The position numbers and the translations under genes are program-made. From Octopus vulgaris (taxonomy: Eukaryota), in contig OX597834.1 in NCBI GenBank assembly GCA_951406725.2, positions 12,772,001 to 12,836,000 of the forward strand: a stretch of DNA of 64,000 nt, written 5' to 3'. This document shows positions 13,650-26,420 of the stretch, one piece after another. The first letter of the stretch is position 1; the number at the start of each line of letters is the position of its first letter. The notes below the pieces were generated by a model. That model was given only the letters and a program-made list of their open reading frames with translations. It was not told the DNA's origin and searched no databases.

Positions 13650-14043
13650 TCTTTGCTCTTTTACATGTTTCGGTTATTTGACGGCGGCCATGCTGGAGTA
13701 ACGCCTTTAGTCGAGCACATTGACACCAGGACTTATTCTTTGTGAGCCTAGTACTTATTCTATCGGTCTCTTTCGCCGAACCTCTAAGTTACAGGGACGT
13801 AAACACATCAGCATCGGTTGTCAAGCGATGTTGGGGGATAAACAAAAAACACACACACTTATATATATATTTATATATATAGGAGGGGTTTCTTTCAGTT
13901 TCCATTTACGAAATCCACTCAAAAAGCTTTAGTCGGCCCGAGGTTATTGAAGAATACAATTACTAATCTCAGGTCCAAAGTAGTGGTACTGATCCCGGAA
14001 CCATGTGGTTAGGAAACAAGCTTCTTACCACATAGCTACGCCT
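13650..14043 (-). mobile_element. SINE family A
   Basis: Aligns by eye with 16159-16578 over its full length. Confidence 0.85.
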
Positions 14044-14716
14044 ACACTTCTTTGCGTTTTATTTTTGAATATTCATCTTCAGGTAATTCCTGTACTTCTC
14101 TACAAACAGATATAGACATAAACATTTATCTCAATTTATTTCTTCTTCGAGAGACCTCTCTCACACTTACTGCCATTTCCCAGATATGCACTAACGAAGA
14201 GAAACAAACGGAAAAAGAAAGAATGAAGGAATGTGAGTTTCGTGAATAGAATCTACCATCTTCATATATTATTCGCTCTGACGTTAGAAACCATACATTT
14301 TCATACACGAAGAAAATATTGAAAATAAATATAGCAGACGACAGCATGATAACCTCAGAGAAGTCTGAATCAGATACAAACTAAAATATACACCTACGCA
14401 TGATCCACTGACATGAATATCTCCACACCCCTCTCCGCAAATATATTTTCCATATACCTTTCTGAACACATTTATCAAAATATATTTCTTCATATTTCAT
14501 ATATTTTGTTGCATCAGCATGCGTTAATATATTTTCTCTATATTTGTAAATTAAATCAGTGATTTTCTGATTTATATATGCATGCATACATACATACATA
14601 CATACATATATATATATTTCTGTAAATGTAATTTGTTAGAATTATCCGGTAACAATAATAAAACTCCGAGTTTCGGATGTCGGGTGGCAATCTACGCCGC
14701 CATCTCTCTTTCTATA

Positions 14717-14748
<32 letters not shown>

Positions 14749-14751
<3 letters not shown>

Positions 14752-15060
14752 TATAACCTCGGGCCGAACAGAGCCTTGTGAGTGGATGTGGTAGACGAAA
14801 CTGAAAGAATCCCGTCGTATATATGTACATATATACATATATATACATATGTGTGTGTGTGTTTCTCTGTGTTTGTCCCTCTAATATCGCTTGACAACAG
14901 ATGCTGGTATGTCTACGTCCCCGTAACCTAGCGGTTCAGCAAAAGGGGCCGATAGAATAAGTAGTAAGCTTCCAAAGAATAAGTTCTGGGGTCGATTTGC
15001 TCGACGAAAGCTGGTGCTCTAGCATGGCAGCAGTCAAATTACTGAAACAAGTAAAAGAGA
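14749..15060 (+). mobile_element. SINE family A, 5' truncated
   Basis: Starts at CTATAACCTCGGGCCG and ends with the CTGAAACAAGTAAAAGAG tail. Confidence 0.85.
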
Positions 15061-15146
15061 AAAATATTAAATATATACATATATATATACTATATATACA
15101 TATATATATACATATATATTTATACGTACATATATATATATATACT

Positions 15147-15191
<45 letters not shown>

Positions 15192-16061
15192 AGTATATAG
15201 ATATATGTCTATACCTTCATTGGTTAATATGTATGAGTGGTGTGTGGCTGTATGTTTGTGTGGGAGGGGTGTGTGGAAGAAAGTTTCTTTTCGTATGTGA
15301 GTGTCTCTATCCATATGTAATTAAATACATGTGTGTGCGTGTATATATATATATATACACATATATAAAAAAGAGAAAGAGAAAGAGAAAGAGAGATGCA
15401 CGCATGTAAATACAAGTATGTGCACGTGTCTGTTTTCGTGTGTGTGTGTGTGTGTGTGTACGTTGTCTCTTGAACCGATATAATATGGCGGATGGTCGCG
15501 GAAAGTGTAACCGGATACGATGACTAGTAAGGTATAGGAAATAGAAGACAGGATGTTGGCGGATCGATATTGACTGGGGGACTGGTTCGGTATGTGGAAG
15601 TGGCTTTCTTCGTGATAGTTTGCGCTGGGGAGATGCACGTCTGCATGCGTTTCTGCTTTTGCTTTCTTTGTTATTGTATTATTGACTTTTGGCGCACTTG
15701 CTTTTTTTTTTTTCCTACGCAAGCCGAAGTATGTAGAAGCTTGTTTCTAATGCACGTGTGTTGATACGACTTAGGAGTTGCTTCTGTCTGTGTGTATGTA
15801 TGGGATTGTGTTATTGGCTGATATAGAGATAGAACAGATATCTTTTAGTATAAGAATGTAGGAGTATGTGTTCCGTTCTGGTGTTTAGAGAACAGTGAAA
15901 ATGAATGGGCGTGTATATTGGCGTATTATTCTATCTCTTATTCTTTCTCTTTCACTCACGCACTCTCTGCTTATTCATACATACATACATACACACACAA
16001 ACAAACACAAAAAACATACGTATTTTTAAGTATAGAATATCTATAGACATATCGATATATA

Positions 16062-16968
16062 CAGGGGTTGGACAAAATAATGGAAACACCATAGCATCAT
16101 AAATTTGAAATATTTATAAAACCATCAAAAGCTTGTTTATTTTTGATTTTTTGTGTTACTTTACTTACTTTTACTTACTTTTACTTGTTTCAGTCATTTG
16201 ACTGCGGCCATGCTGGAGCACCGCCTTTAGTCGAGCAAATCGACTGCCAGGACTTATTCTTTGTAAGCCCAGTACTTATTCTATCGGTCTCTATTTGCCG
16301 AACCGCTAAGTGACAGGGACGTAAACACACCAGCATCGGTTGTCAAGCAATGCTAGGGGGACAAACACAGACACACAAACACACACATATATATATATAT
16401 ATATATACATATATACGACAGGCTTCTTTCAGTTTCCGTCTACCAAATCCACCCACAAGGCATTGGTCGGCCCGGGGCTATAGCAGAAGACACTTGCCCA
16501 AGGTTCCACGCAGTGGGACTGAACCCGGAACCATGTGGTTGGTTAGCAAGCTACTTACCACACAGCCACTCCTGCGCCTGTGTTATTAGTGTTGCTTAGC
16601 ATGTTTTGCTAAAATTGCTGTTTCTTTTCATATATCATCAGAAAAAGTAATTAAAATTCATTAAAATGACAGATCTATCAGACTTTCAAATATGTCAAAT
16701 AATTGGTGCTCGTATGTCAGGCGCTAACGTAACGACAACAACCAAAATGTCTGGTGTATCTAGGAGTACTGTCTCAAATGTAATGACAGCCTTTGAGAAA
16801 GAGCGGAAACCTCCTCGTCGAAATATAACTCCGGGAGAAAGATAGGGATTATCGCACAATAAACTCTATCTGAATTATTGTCGGATTATTACACAAATTG
16901 TTAGAAAGAATCGCAAATAACTGCAGAGCTTAATGACCACCTCGAGAACCCAGTTTCCACAAAAACTC
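16062..16968 (+). mobile_element. Tc1-like transposon 5' part (left TIR and transposase N-terminus), interrupted by a SINE
   Basis: TA|CAGGGGTTGGACAAAATAATGGAAACACC TIR. From ATG 16666: MTDLSDFQICQIIGARMSGANVTTTTKMSGVSRSTVSNVMTAFEKE, then frameshifted ..TAELNDHLENPVSTKT, matching the Tc1 paired-like HTH region. Confidence 0.88.
16159..16578 (-). mobile_element. SINE family A, full length, young
   Basis: Intact A/B boxes; 7-bp TSD TGTGTTA at 16152-16158 and 16579-16585. Confidence 0.93.
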
Positions 16969-18381
16969 TGTGTGTGTGTGTGTGTGTGTGTTTCTACATA
17001 CAGTTCTTTACATATTGACTAATTCACAGTTTTTACACTCGCTTAACACACTCTGCTGCAAACGAGAATCTGCAGAATTACACCTCAACGCAACGCACCG
17101 TTGCCTGTAAAATAACCGCTTCACATATTTACCAATATCGATTACTCTTGTGTAGTTTACACGTGCACATTGAGACGCACACATTCACCTTAATATGGAC
17201 TCCATTAATGACACATGCATACAAAAACATATTCAAATTCAAGGCATTGTTGTTCTTTCATTTAAAAGCTTTCTGAATCTTGCAAATACATACATACGTG
17301 GGTTTCTCGATTGCAGTACATTATACGTCATTTTCATCCTTTTCTTTGAGACTCAGACAATCAAACTGACATCGACATATACATTTTCAAACGGAAGCCA
17401 TTTATGATACATGTAGATGCAAATACACTTGCGTCAGAAATTAATTAGCACTTCTCAAATTTCTACATTAAATAGGTTAAATCAATTAACCTATGAGCTG
17501 TTCAAAACGTCTTACGCGATGAGAAAACTTAGTATGGTGTGATTTCGGTCCTTGCGAGGCGCTACCTATATCTATTAAACAAAGGAAGATTTGTCTGCAT
17601 CCGCATTCCAAGTTGTTGTTGCACTGCTATGTCAACATCATAAGGCTGTAGACTCTCAAACTGCTCTGCAAACAAAGTTACGTCATCGTTCTGCGCAACA
17701 GTGAACTCGCAACAAGGCAATAGTTTGAGATATGGCCACTAGGTGACAGCACATACCTTGAGTGAAGAGCAAATCAAGGGTGCTAATTAATTTCTGACGG
17801 TAGTGTATGTTCAGACTGAAATCAAATCTATTCTTTGAGTATAAATTTCTCTTTCTCTTGCACATAGAAGCATACCTCTTTCACTTGTCTACGCCAAGGT
17901 TTTCTGTGTCAGCGTCTTCATCGTCATTTTCACCAGCGATTAATTATGAGACTAAGACAATCAGCAGACTAACACACACACATAACGAGGAGGAGGAGGA
18001 GGAAAATACACCTATATTCTCGTATGCATGCAAACATCAGCATGTATACACACATACACATACACACACCTATACACACATTTACACTAAAATGCAAAAT
18101 TGCAAGGTGTTATTTCACGCTATATCCATGCGAGTATGTGTGTAATAATGTATGTGTGTGCGTGTGACTGTATGTGTGTGCAATGTATGATGTGTGCGTG
18201 TGTGTGACCACGTGTGTATATGTGCGCGCGTGTGTGTTGTATGTGCGTGTCCACGTGACTGTTTGTGTGTGATGCACGTGATGTGTGAGAGCGTGAGTGT
18301 ATGTAAGTGTTTGTGTGTGTGCGAGCATGTGCGTGTGTGATGTATATAATGTGTATGTGCGTGTATTTGTGTGTAATGTCT

Positions 18382-18419
<38 letters not shown>

Positions 18420-18540
18420 ACAGGGGTTCAAATTATTCTCAATGAAGAAATATATATTATCATTTAGAGATAGTAGGCCCCTTTCATCTCACCATATAAA
18501 AAAATATTTTTAATTTTAAATAACTATTACTTTATAACTT

Positions 18541-18634
18541 GGCTACACGTGTTTCATGAGGTACGTTTCCCAGTTCCTAAACCACTCCGTGTTTTGCTGG
18601 AACCCTTCTTAAAATGTAACCCCTATTATCAGGC

Positions 18635-18635
<1 letters not shown>
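18541..18635 (-). ncRNA. Degenerate minimal hammerhead ribozyme (probable Penelope-like terminus)
   Basis: Minus strand: GGC-CTGATAA-[long stem II]-GAAA-CACGTG-TA-GCC. The core has one substitution (G8 to A), stem III is palindromic, and stem I is only 3 bp. Confidence 0.45.
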
Positions 18636-18698
<63 letters not shown>

Positions 18699-18870
18699 AT
18701 ATACATACATATATATATGCACATATATACAAATATATATTCGTTTATATACTTATACATATATATTCATATATATAGTCATGTATATATATATGTATAT
18801 GTGTGTTTGTGTGTGTGTATGTTTGCTCGTGCATTTGTGTGTATAAATTCTAAAACTTAACCACTAGTAC

Positions 18871-18917
18871 TTGAACCTGAAGAGTCCACAGTTTAATGCA
18901 CGAAAGTACTAGTTCAA
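18871..18917 (+). ncRNA. Minimal type-I hammerhead ribozyme
   Basis: TTGAAC-CTGAAGA-GTCC-acagtttaat-GCAC-GAAA-GTAC-TA-GTTCAA: perfect 6-bp stem I, intact CUGANGA/GAAA/UH core, stem II with one mismatch, palindromic GTAC stem III. Confidence 0.75.
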
Positions 18918-19062
18918 TCAGAATGGACATTTAATATTCCATCATTCCAGTATATTATATTATCTTATATTATATTATTATAAGATTGTAAATACATCGT
19001 GAACATCAAAGCTGGAATCTTTTTGAGTAATAACTTCTTCTATACATAATCACACACAGACT

Positions 19063-19105
<43 letters not shown>

Positions 19106-19684
19106 TATCTCGAAGCACTTTTCTGTTGCTGTGAGAGGAACTGTATTCGTCTTGAACCTATGATAATTGTAAAAAAGAAATTTAGAACTCACGAACTCTT
19201 TAACGATGCAGTCACGCCTGCGTCTAGAAAACAAATTTTATACAGATGAAATTTCATGAAAAATAAAATAAAAAAAGCATTTTCTCCATCAGACAGCATT
19301 TTTCAAAGTACTAAATGTAAGAGATAATACATATTTTCTGGCCTGGCATCCGAAGATATTATAAAAGAAAATTAATAATTCCAGCGTTATTTTCCATTCT
19401 TTTGAAATTTTGTTTGGTACGATTGGAACTGTATGTAATATAGTACACAACCCTCCTTTCAATTGTTAGATTGGATTTAAAAGGGCAAATGTTAATATTT
19501 CTCATGGGTCCCCTCAATTTTATAAACGTTTTATTTTTGTTACTCTTTATTTGGTATTACATCCCCCATTAAAAAATAAATAATAGGAAGTGACGTAATG
19601 AGCAATATATAACCTGAGACAAATTAACCCTTCGATATCTGATTAGAAATTAAGGGGAATTACAAAATTTTATGGTGATTGCTG

Positions 19685-19790
19685 TGAGGCGCAAGGCAGC
19701 TGACTCGCGGTCGGAGGATAACGGTTTTGATTCCCAGACCGGGCGTTGTGTGTGTTTACTGAGCAAAAACACCTAAAAGCTCCAAGAGGT
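19685..19790 (+). mobile_element. SINE family C head fragment
   Basis: GACTCGCGGTCGGAGGAT..GATTCCCAGACCGGGCGTTGTGTGTGTTTA matches the other C copies. Confidence 0.75.
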
Positions 19791-20259
19791 TTAGGGTTAG
19801 ATCGCCCAACAACCCCTTACTTTACATCGAAAGCTGAATATCTGTGCTGAAATAAGAAGGGGATATTTGTAAATTCATTAATTTTTCCGAGTAAATAATT
19901 TGCCGTAAAATCATGAATGGAGAACGTCGATGAAATCAATCTATGTGCGTAAAGGAATCGTTACTCGTCTGGCGACTCGGAATAATAACCTTAGAGAGAA
20001 TCGGGAGTCAGTGTCCCTGGGGGAGTTTGTCATTGTTACAACATTATTATGACAACTGCTGCGAGTATGATTTGTAGCGGGAGTACTGTATACATGGATC
20101 TATCAGTGATGTGCAGAGTGGAGATACGATTCATGGGAAAAAGATTTCTCTTCCATACCATATCAAACACTTTCTGCTGGAGACACAGAAGCAGCCAATA
20201 CATTGGAGATGACACTCTGAACTCACCTAATTGTCGACTTAACGCAGAAAGTAAAAGTT

Positions 20260-20915
20260 CGTCATCATCATTGTCCGACCTTGCTCGAGACAATGCAATT
20301 TACTATGTTACGCCAGCCTTCGCGGTCCATCATAGCATTACGGAGGTCCTGTTGCTGGATGACTGTATCGCGAGCTGGCAGAAACGTTAGCGCGCAGGGC
20401 AAAATGCTTAGCGGTATTTGTCTGTCGTTATGTTATGAGTTCGAATTCCGCCGAGGTTGACTTTGTCTTTCATCCTTTCGGGGTCGATAAATAAAGTACC
20501 AGTTTCTCACTGGGGTCGATGTAATCGACTTAATCCCTTTGTCTGTCCTTGTTTGTCCCCTCTATGTTTAGCCCCTTGTGGGTAGTAAAGAAATATATAT
20601 CGCAGGAGATTACATCAGGGTAGGAGAGTGTGCGCCCTCTGGTATCGTGAGCAGATGGCTTCCAGAGAAGAAGAGTAGAAATTACCTCGTTTTCAGCTCT
20701 ACAACAATGTCCAGCAAACTGGACTCTTCTACCTTTCACAAGAGATGATAAAGGTGGTAGTTTCCCATATATTTGTACTTTGGTTGGATGAAGCTTCCAC
20801 GAGAGATTTTGAGCTCTCATAAGGAGGCGAGTGTAAGTTCCATCCAACCGCCTCTCAAGCTTCTTTGATAGCTCCCAGGTTTCTGAGCCATATGGTAGAA
20901 TTGCTTCGACTGTAG
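20260..20915 (-). mobile_element. RTE-clade LINE 3' end, split by a SINE B
   Basis: Minus strand STVEAILPYGSETWELSKKLERRLDGTYTRLLMRAQNLSW...FAGHCCR...SYPDVISCD|TVIQQQDLRNAMMDREGWRNIV..Q* followed by a (TGA)n tail. The frame is restored when the SINE is removed. Confidence 0.9.
20372..20597 (+). mobile_element. SINE family B inserted in the RTE LINE
   Basis: Matches 10847-11078; TSD TATCGC at 20366-20371 and 20598-20603. Confidence 0.9.
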
Positions 20916-21115
20916 AATCGGTTACTGACTATAAAAGTTACTGGCTATAGCTAATCGTTGTAACACAAACAGCATTACGACAGTTCGTAAGTTCCGCTCG
21001 TGTGGCGGAGTGAGATTCGTGCATCGGAATATTCAACCACAGTCAACAATGCTCAGCTGGGCGAAGAACTGAGGCATTCATACTTGGTCATTAATGACGC
21101 ATGCCCTTAGAATAT

Positions 21116-21332
21116 TCTCTCTTTTTTCTCTTTTACTTGTTTCAGTCATTTGACTGCGGCCATGCTGGAGCACCCCCTTTAGTTAAGCAATTTGACCCCG
21201 GGACTTATTCTTCGTAAGACCAGTACTTACTCGATCGGTCTCTTCTGCCGAACCGCTAAGTGACGGGGACATAAACACACCAGCATGAGTTGTCAAGCAA
21301 TGCTAGGGGGACAATTACATACACACAAACAT

Positions 21333-21381
<49 letters not shown>

Positions 21382-21542
21382 CGACGGACTTCTTTCAGTT
21401 TCCGTCTACCAAATCCACTCACAAAGCTTTGGTCGGCCCTAGGTTATAGTAGAAGACACTTGCCCAAGGTGCCACGCAGTAGGACTGAACCCGGAACCAT
21501 GTGGTTCGCAAGCAAGCTACTTACCACACAGCCACTCCTGCG

Positions 21543-21545
<3 letters not shown>
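21116..21545 (-). mobile_element. SINE family A, full length
   Basis: Near identical to 16159-16578. Confidence 0.92.
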
Positions 21546-21605
<60 letters not shown>

Positions 21606-22236
21606 GATTTCCTCACAGTTTTCGTCTACCTAATTCACTCCCAAAGTGTTAAACAGACAAGAACAAATATAGAAGAAGGAAGGAAGGAACAAGCTGCCCG
21701 AAAACAGAACTGGGGTTAACGACCACATTGGGAAGAAGTGGACAAATATAACAGAAACAACTGCGCATAATTTTCACTAGTATACAAGAAAAATATAGAC
21801 GTATTATTTAGGCTGGAAATAATTTCCGTTATTTTTTATCTTTTAATACATTGCTATATAAACTGTATTCAAGTTTTCAAAGGAGAGATACAATTTAAAC
21901 AATAGATCAAGAACTAAAAACGAGCAGGTGTCTATTATTTGTCTGCTGCTATATGGTTCCTCCCCTTGCAGTGAAACACACACCAATTTTCTATGCTAGT
22001 GATTGAGAATAGTTTGGGTGGAAATCCAATACAGGCTTCGAAGTCGTCTCAATTGTTTTTACAGTGTACCTGGCAGCATAAGGAAATGTTTATTTAATAG
22101 ATACTACAAAACTTTTACAAGTTAGTGGTAGACAGTTGACGCCGATCAAATATATTTTCTGCGTATTAAGACGAAAATATCCGACTTGCATGTTGATTAA
22201 TACACGAACATACACACACAGAGAGACACCCGCTTT

Positions 22237-22294
<58 letters not shown>

Positions 22295-22551
22295 CACGTA
22301 AAGGTATACATAATCTTATCTATCTATGTAGCTATCTACGTGTCTGTCTGTTTAGGAAAATTGATAGCAATTTGCCTATCATTTGCTCTATCTATTTATC
22401 TATCTACCCATCAATGTGTATATAAGTATATAAACACTTACTAAATTATATTTATATATAATGACAAATAGGGCTAAAATTATGTATCTGTACTCATATA
22501 TACAAATGATAATTACTCACTCAGATATATCTAAATCTATATCTATCTATA

Positions 22552-22596
<45 letters not shown>

Positions 22597-22613
22597 TTTA
22601 TTTAAATCAGCAG

Positions 22614-22667
22614 AAAACCTGTTACTCTGAGTTTCCCGGCAACGGGAATCTTAGAGTAACAGGTTTT
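22614..22667. repeat. Fold-back hairpin made of two inverted copies of the hammerhead 3' half seen at 32540-32562
   Basis: AAAACCTGTTACTCTGAGTTTCCC-ggcaac-GGGAATCTTAGAGTAACAGGTTTT; the downstream GTTGAATTTTCTG.TGCT is shared with 32562-32580. Confidence 0.8.
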
Positions 22668-22762
22668 GTTGAATTTTCTGGTGCTTTAAATATAGCATAT
22701 TCCTCTACTACTGGTATTTGAGTACTCTTTTTTCCACCTTGTTTCACATTTATGTGTATACT

Positions 22763-22823
<61 letters not shown>

Positions 22824-23459
22824 ATATGTGAATAGACACACGCACACACGTGCATATATCTCTATAGCTGCTTATAAATCGTAATATACCTGCAGTAAAT
22901 TGAGAGCTGATTGCAAGTAACTAAATCATATTTGAAGGATCTTCTAAGTGAAAAGAACATATTGTGACATAATATTACGAATAATCTCATATACATACAA
23001 ACATACACGCACAAGCACTCACATACACAGACACACACACACACGATCAGACATACTCATAGAACAACTGGCATATTTGTTTTCCCTGACTATATGTATC
23101 TACCAATCTATGTCATATGTATATGTATGTACATATATACATATATATATATATGTTTGTGTGTATATATATGTATATATATATTTATATAAAGTATTGA
23201 TTTATTTATACATACATATACGCATATATATATATATATATATATATATACGCATATATATATATATATATATACTTCCGCGTATATACATAAATATATG
23301 CATAATCATGCTTACGGTGAATATGTGTTAGTGTGTCTATACACCCTGGAGTAATCCTTTGACAACATCGATTTTATCTGTGGCAGGAGGCCACCAATCG
23401 ATCGGAAACATTATTAGATTTTATATCTATTGATCGTAATGTGAATGCCAAACCATATT

Positions 23460-24184
<725 letters not shown>

Positions 24185-25044
24185 ACGTGTATGTATTACA
24201 TGGTGGATGAAGGCGTGATTTGAACTCTAGAATATAAAACGGACGTATTGAAATACAGCAACATGACCTTTTGCTCCTGCACGCAAAGAACCTCGTATCG
24301 TTTTCCAACAGACACTGTTACTAGGCTAATAGAATGCACCACGTTGCTAGCGAAGCGTAACATGGAACCACAGTGTGGCGCCGCTATAATTTTTTCCTCA
24401 TTTCGTCGACGTATATGTAATAGGCTCATTCATACACATACTAAACTACACAGATTTGTACAATATATATATATATACATATCTATATATATATATGTGT
24501 GTGTATATATAATATGCACACACACAGGTATGATTATTGATGCAGTCACAAATCCACCTGCACGCATGCACATATTGATGCCTACGCTGATAATCATCAT
24601 CTTTTGCATGTAACGTCGATATAATAACATGGAGATGCAGAGAGAAGAAGACGAAATGAAATATAGGTAGAAATAATAAAAAAATAATTATAATAATAAT
24701 AATAACCCAAAAAACAACCCAGAGAACCTCATGAAATACAAGTAAATCTAATTGATATGAAATGCGAGATTTTTGATAGAATAGAAAATAACGAGGGAGA
24801 TGAAAAGAAGAAAAAGGAAGTGAAAGATGAGTGTTAGAAAGAAGAGGAGAGAGTGGCATGGGTGAGTTGGGAGGGATGGGAGGGCAGGAGGCTGAGTGGG
24901 AGCTAGGTCTGAAGTGGTAAAGAGAGAATGAAGGTATGATATATGAGAGGAGAAAGTAAAAAAAAAAGGTAAAATTAGGAAATATATTTGAAATGAGGTG
25001 GAGCGGTGTAGAGTTGTTTGCTGCGGTAGCACTCAAGAAAGTGG

Positions 25045-26420
25045 TGGCGATTGTGGTGGTGGTGGTGGTGGTGGTTGTGGTGGTGGTGGAGGTTGTAGTA
25101 TATTGTTGGGATGGTGGTGACTGTGTTAGTGGTGGTGGTGGTAATATATTGTTGGGATCGTGGTGGAGGTGGTAGTGTTGTGTTGAGATAATGATGATTG
25201 TGGTGGTGATGGTTGTAGTATATCGTTGGTATGATGGTGGTTGTGGTAGTTGTGGTGGTAGTAGTACGTTGTTGGGATCGTGGTGGTGGTGGAGGTCGTA
25301 GTATATTGTTGGGATTGTGGTGGTGGATGTAGTAGTGTTGTTTTGAGATAATGATGACTGTGGTGGTGAAGGTTGTAGTATATTATTGAGGTGGTAGCGG
25401 TTGTGGTAGTGGAGGTTGTAGTGGTGGTTGTGGTAGTATATTGATGGGATCGTGGTGGAGGTGGTAGTGTTGTGGTGAGGTGAAAATGGTTGTGGTGGTG
25501 GGGGTTGTAGTATATTGTCGGGATCGTGATGGTGGTGGTGGAGGTTGTAGTATATTGTTGGGATGGTGGCGGTTGTGGTAGTGGTGGTGGTGGTGGTAGT
25601 AGTAGTAGTAGTATATTGTCGGGATCGTGGTGGAGGTGGTAGTGTTGTGTTGCGGTGATGATGATTGTGGTGGTGAGGGTTATAGTATATCGTTGGTATT
25701 ATGGCGGTTGTGGTAGTTGTGGTGGTAGTAGTATATTGTTGGTATCGTGGTGGAGGTGGTAGTGTTGTGTTGAGCTGGTAATGATTGTGGTAGTGGAGGT
25801 TGTAGTATATTGTTCGGATAGTGGTGATTGTGGTGGTGGATGTAGTAGTGTTGTTTTGAAGTAATGATGACTGTGGTGGTGGAGGTTGTAGTATATTTTT
25901 GGGATTGTGATGATTGTGGTGGTGGTGGTTGTGGTAATATATTGTCGGGATGGTGGTGGTTGTGGTAGTGGTGGTGGTGGTAGTAGTAGTATTAGTAGTA
26001 TGTCGTCGGGATCGTGGTGGAGGTAGTAGTGTTGCGTTGAGGTGATGATGATTGTGGTGGTGATGATTGTAGTATATCGTTGGTATGACGGCGGTTGTGG
26101 TAGTTGTAAGTTGTTGGGATCGTTGTGGTGGTGGTGGAGGTTGTAGTATATTGTTGGGATGGTGGCGGTTGTGGTGGTAGTGTTACGTTGTTGGGATCGT
26201 GGTGGAGGTGGTAGTGTTGTGTTCAGGTGATGATGATTGTGGTGGTGGGTGTTGTAGTATATTATGGAAGTGGTAGAGTTGTGGTAGTAGAGGTTGTAGT
26301 ATATTGTTTGGATTGTGATGATTGTGGTGTTGGAGGTAGGTGTGTTGTGTTAGAGTGGTGGTGATGGTAGTGGTAGAGGTAATAGTATATTGTTGGGATG
26401 TTGGGAGAGTGTGGTGGTGT
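25045..26420. repeat. GT-rich degenerate minisatellite (units with GTAGTATATTGTTGGGAT and GTAGTGTTGTGTTGAG on a GTG background)
   Basis: Recurrent motifs at spacings such as 46, 74, 46 and 37 bp (25105, 25151, 25225, 25271, 25308). Confidence 0.88.

Noticed and set aside
20049-20390. 113-aa plus-strand ORF
   Set aside because: No recognisable domain; it runs antisense through the RTE tail into a SINE.
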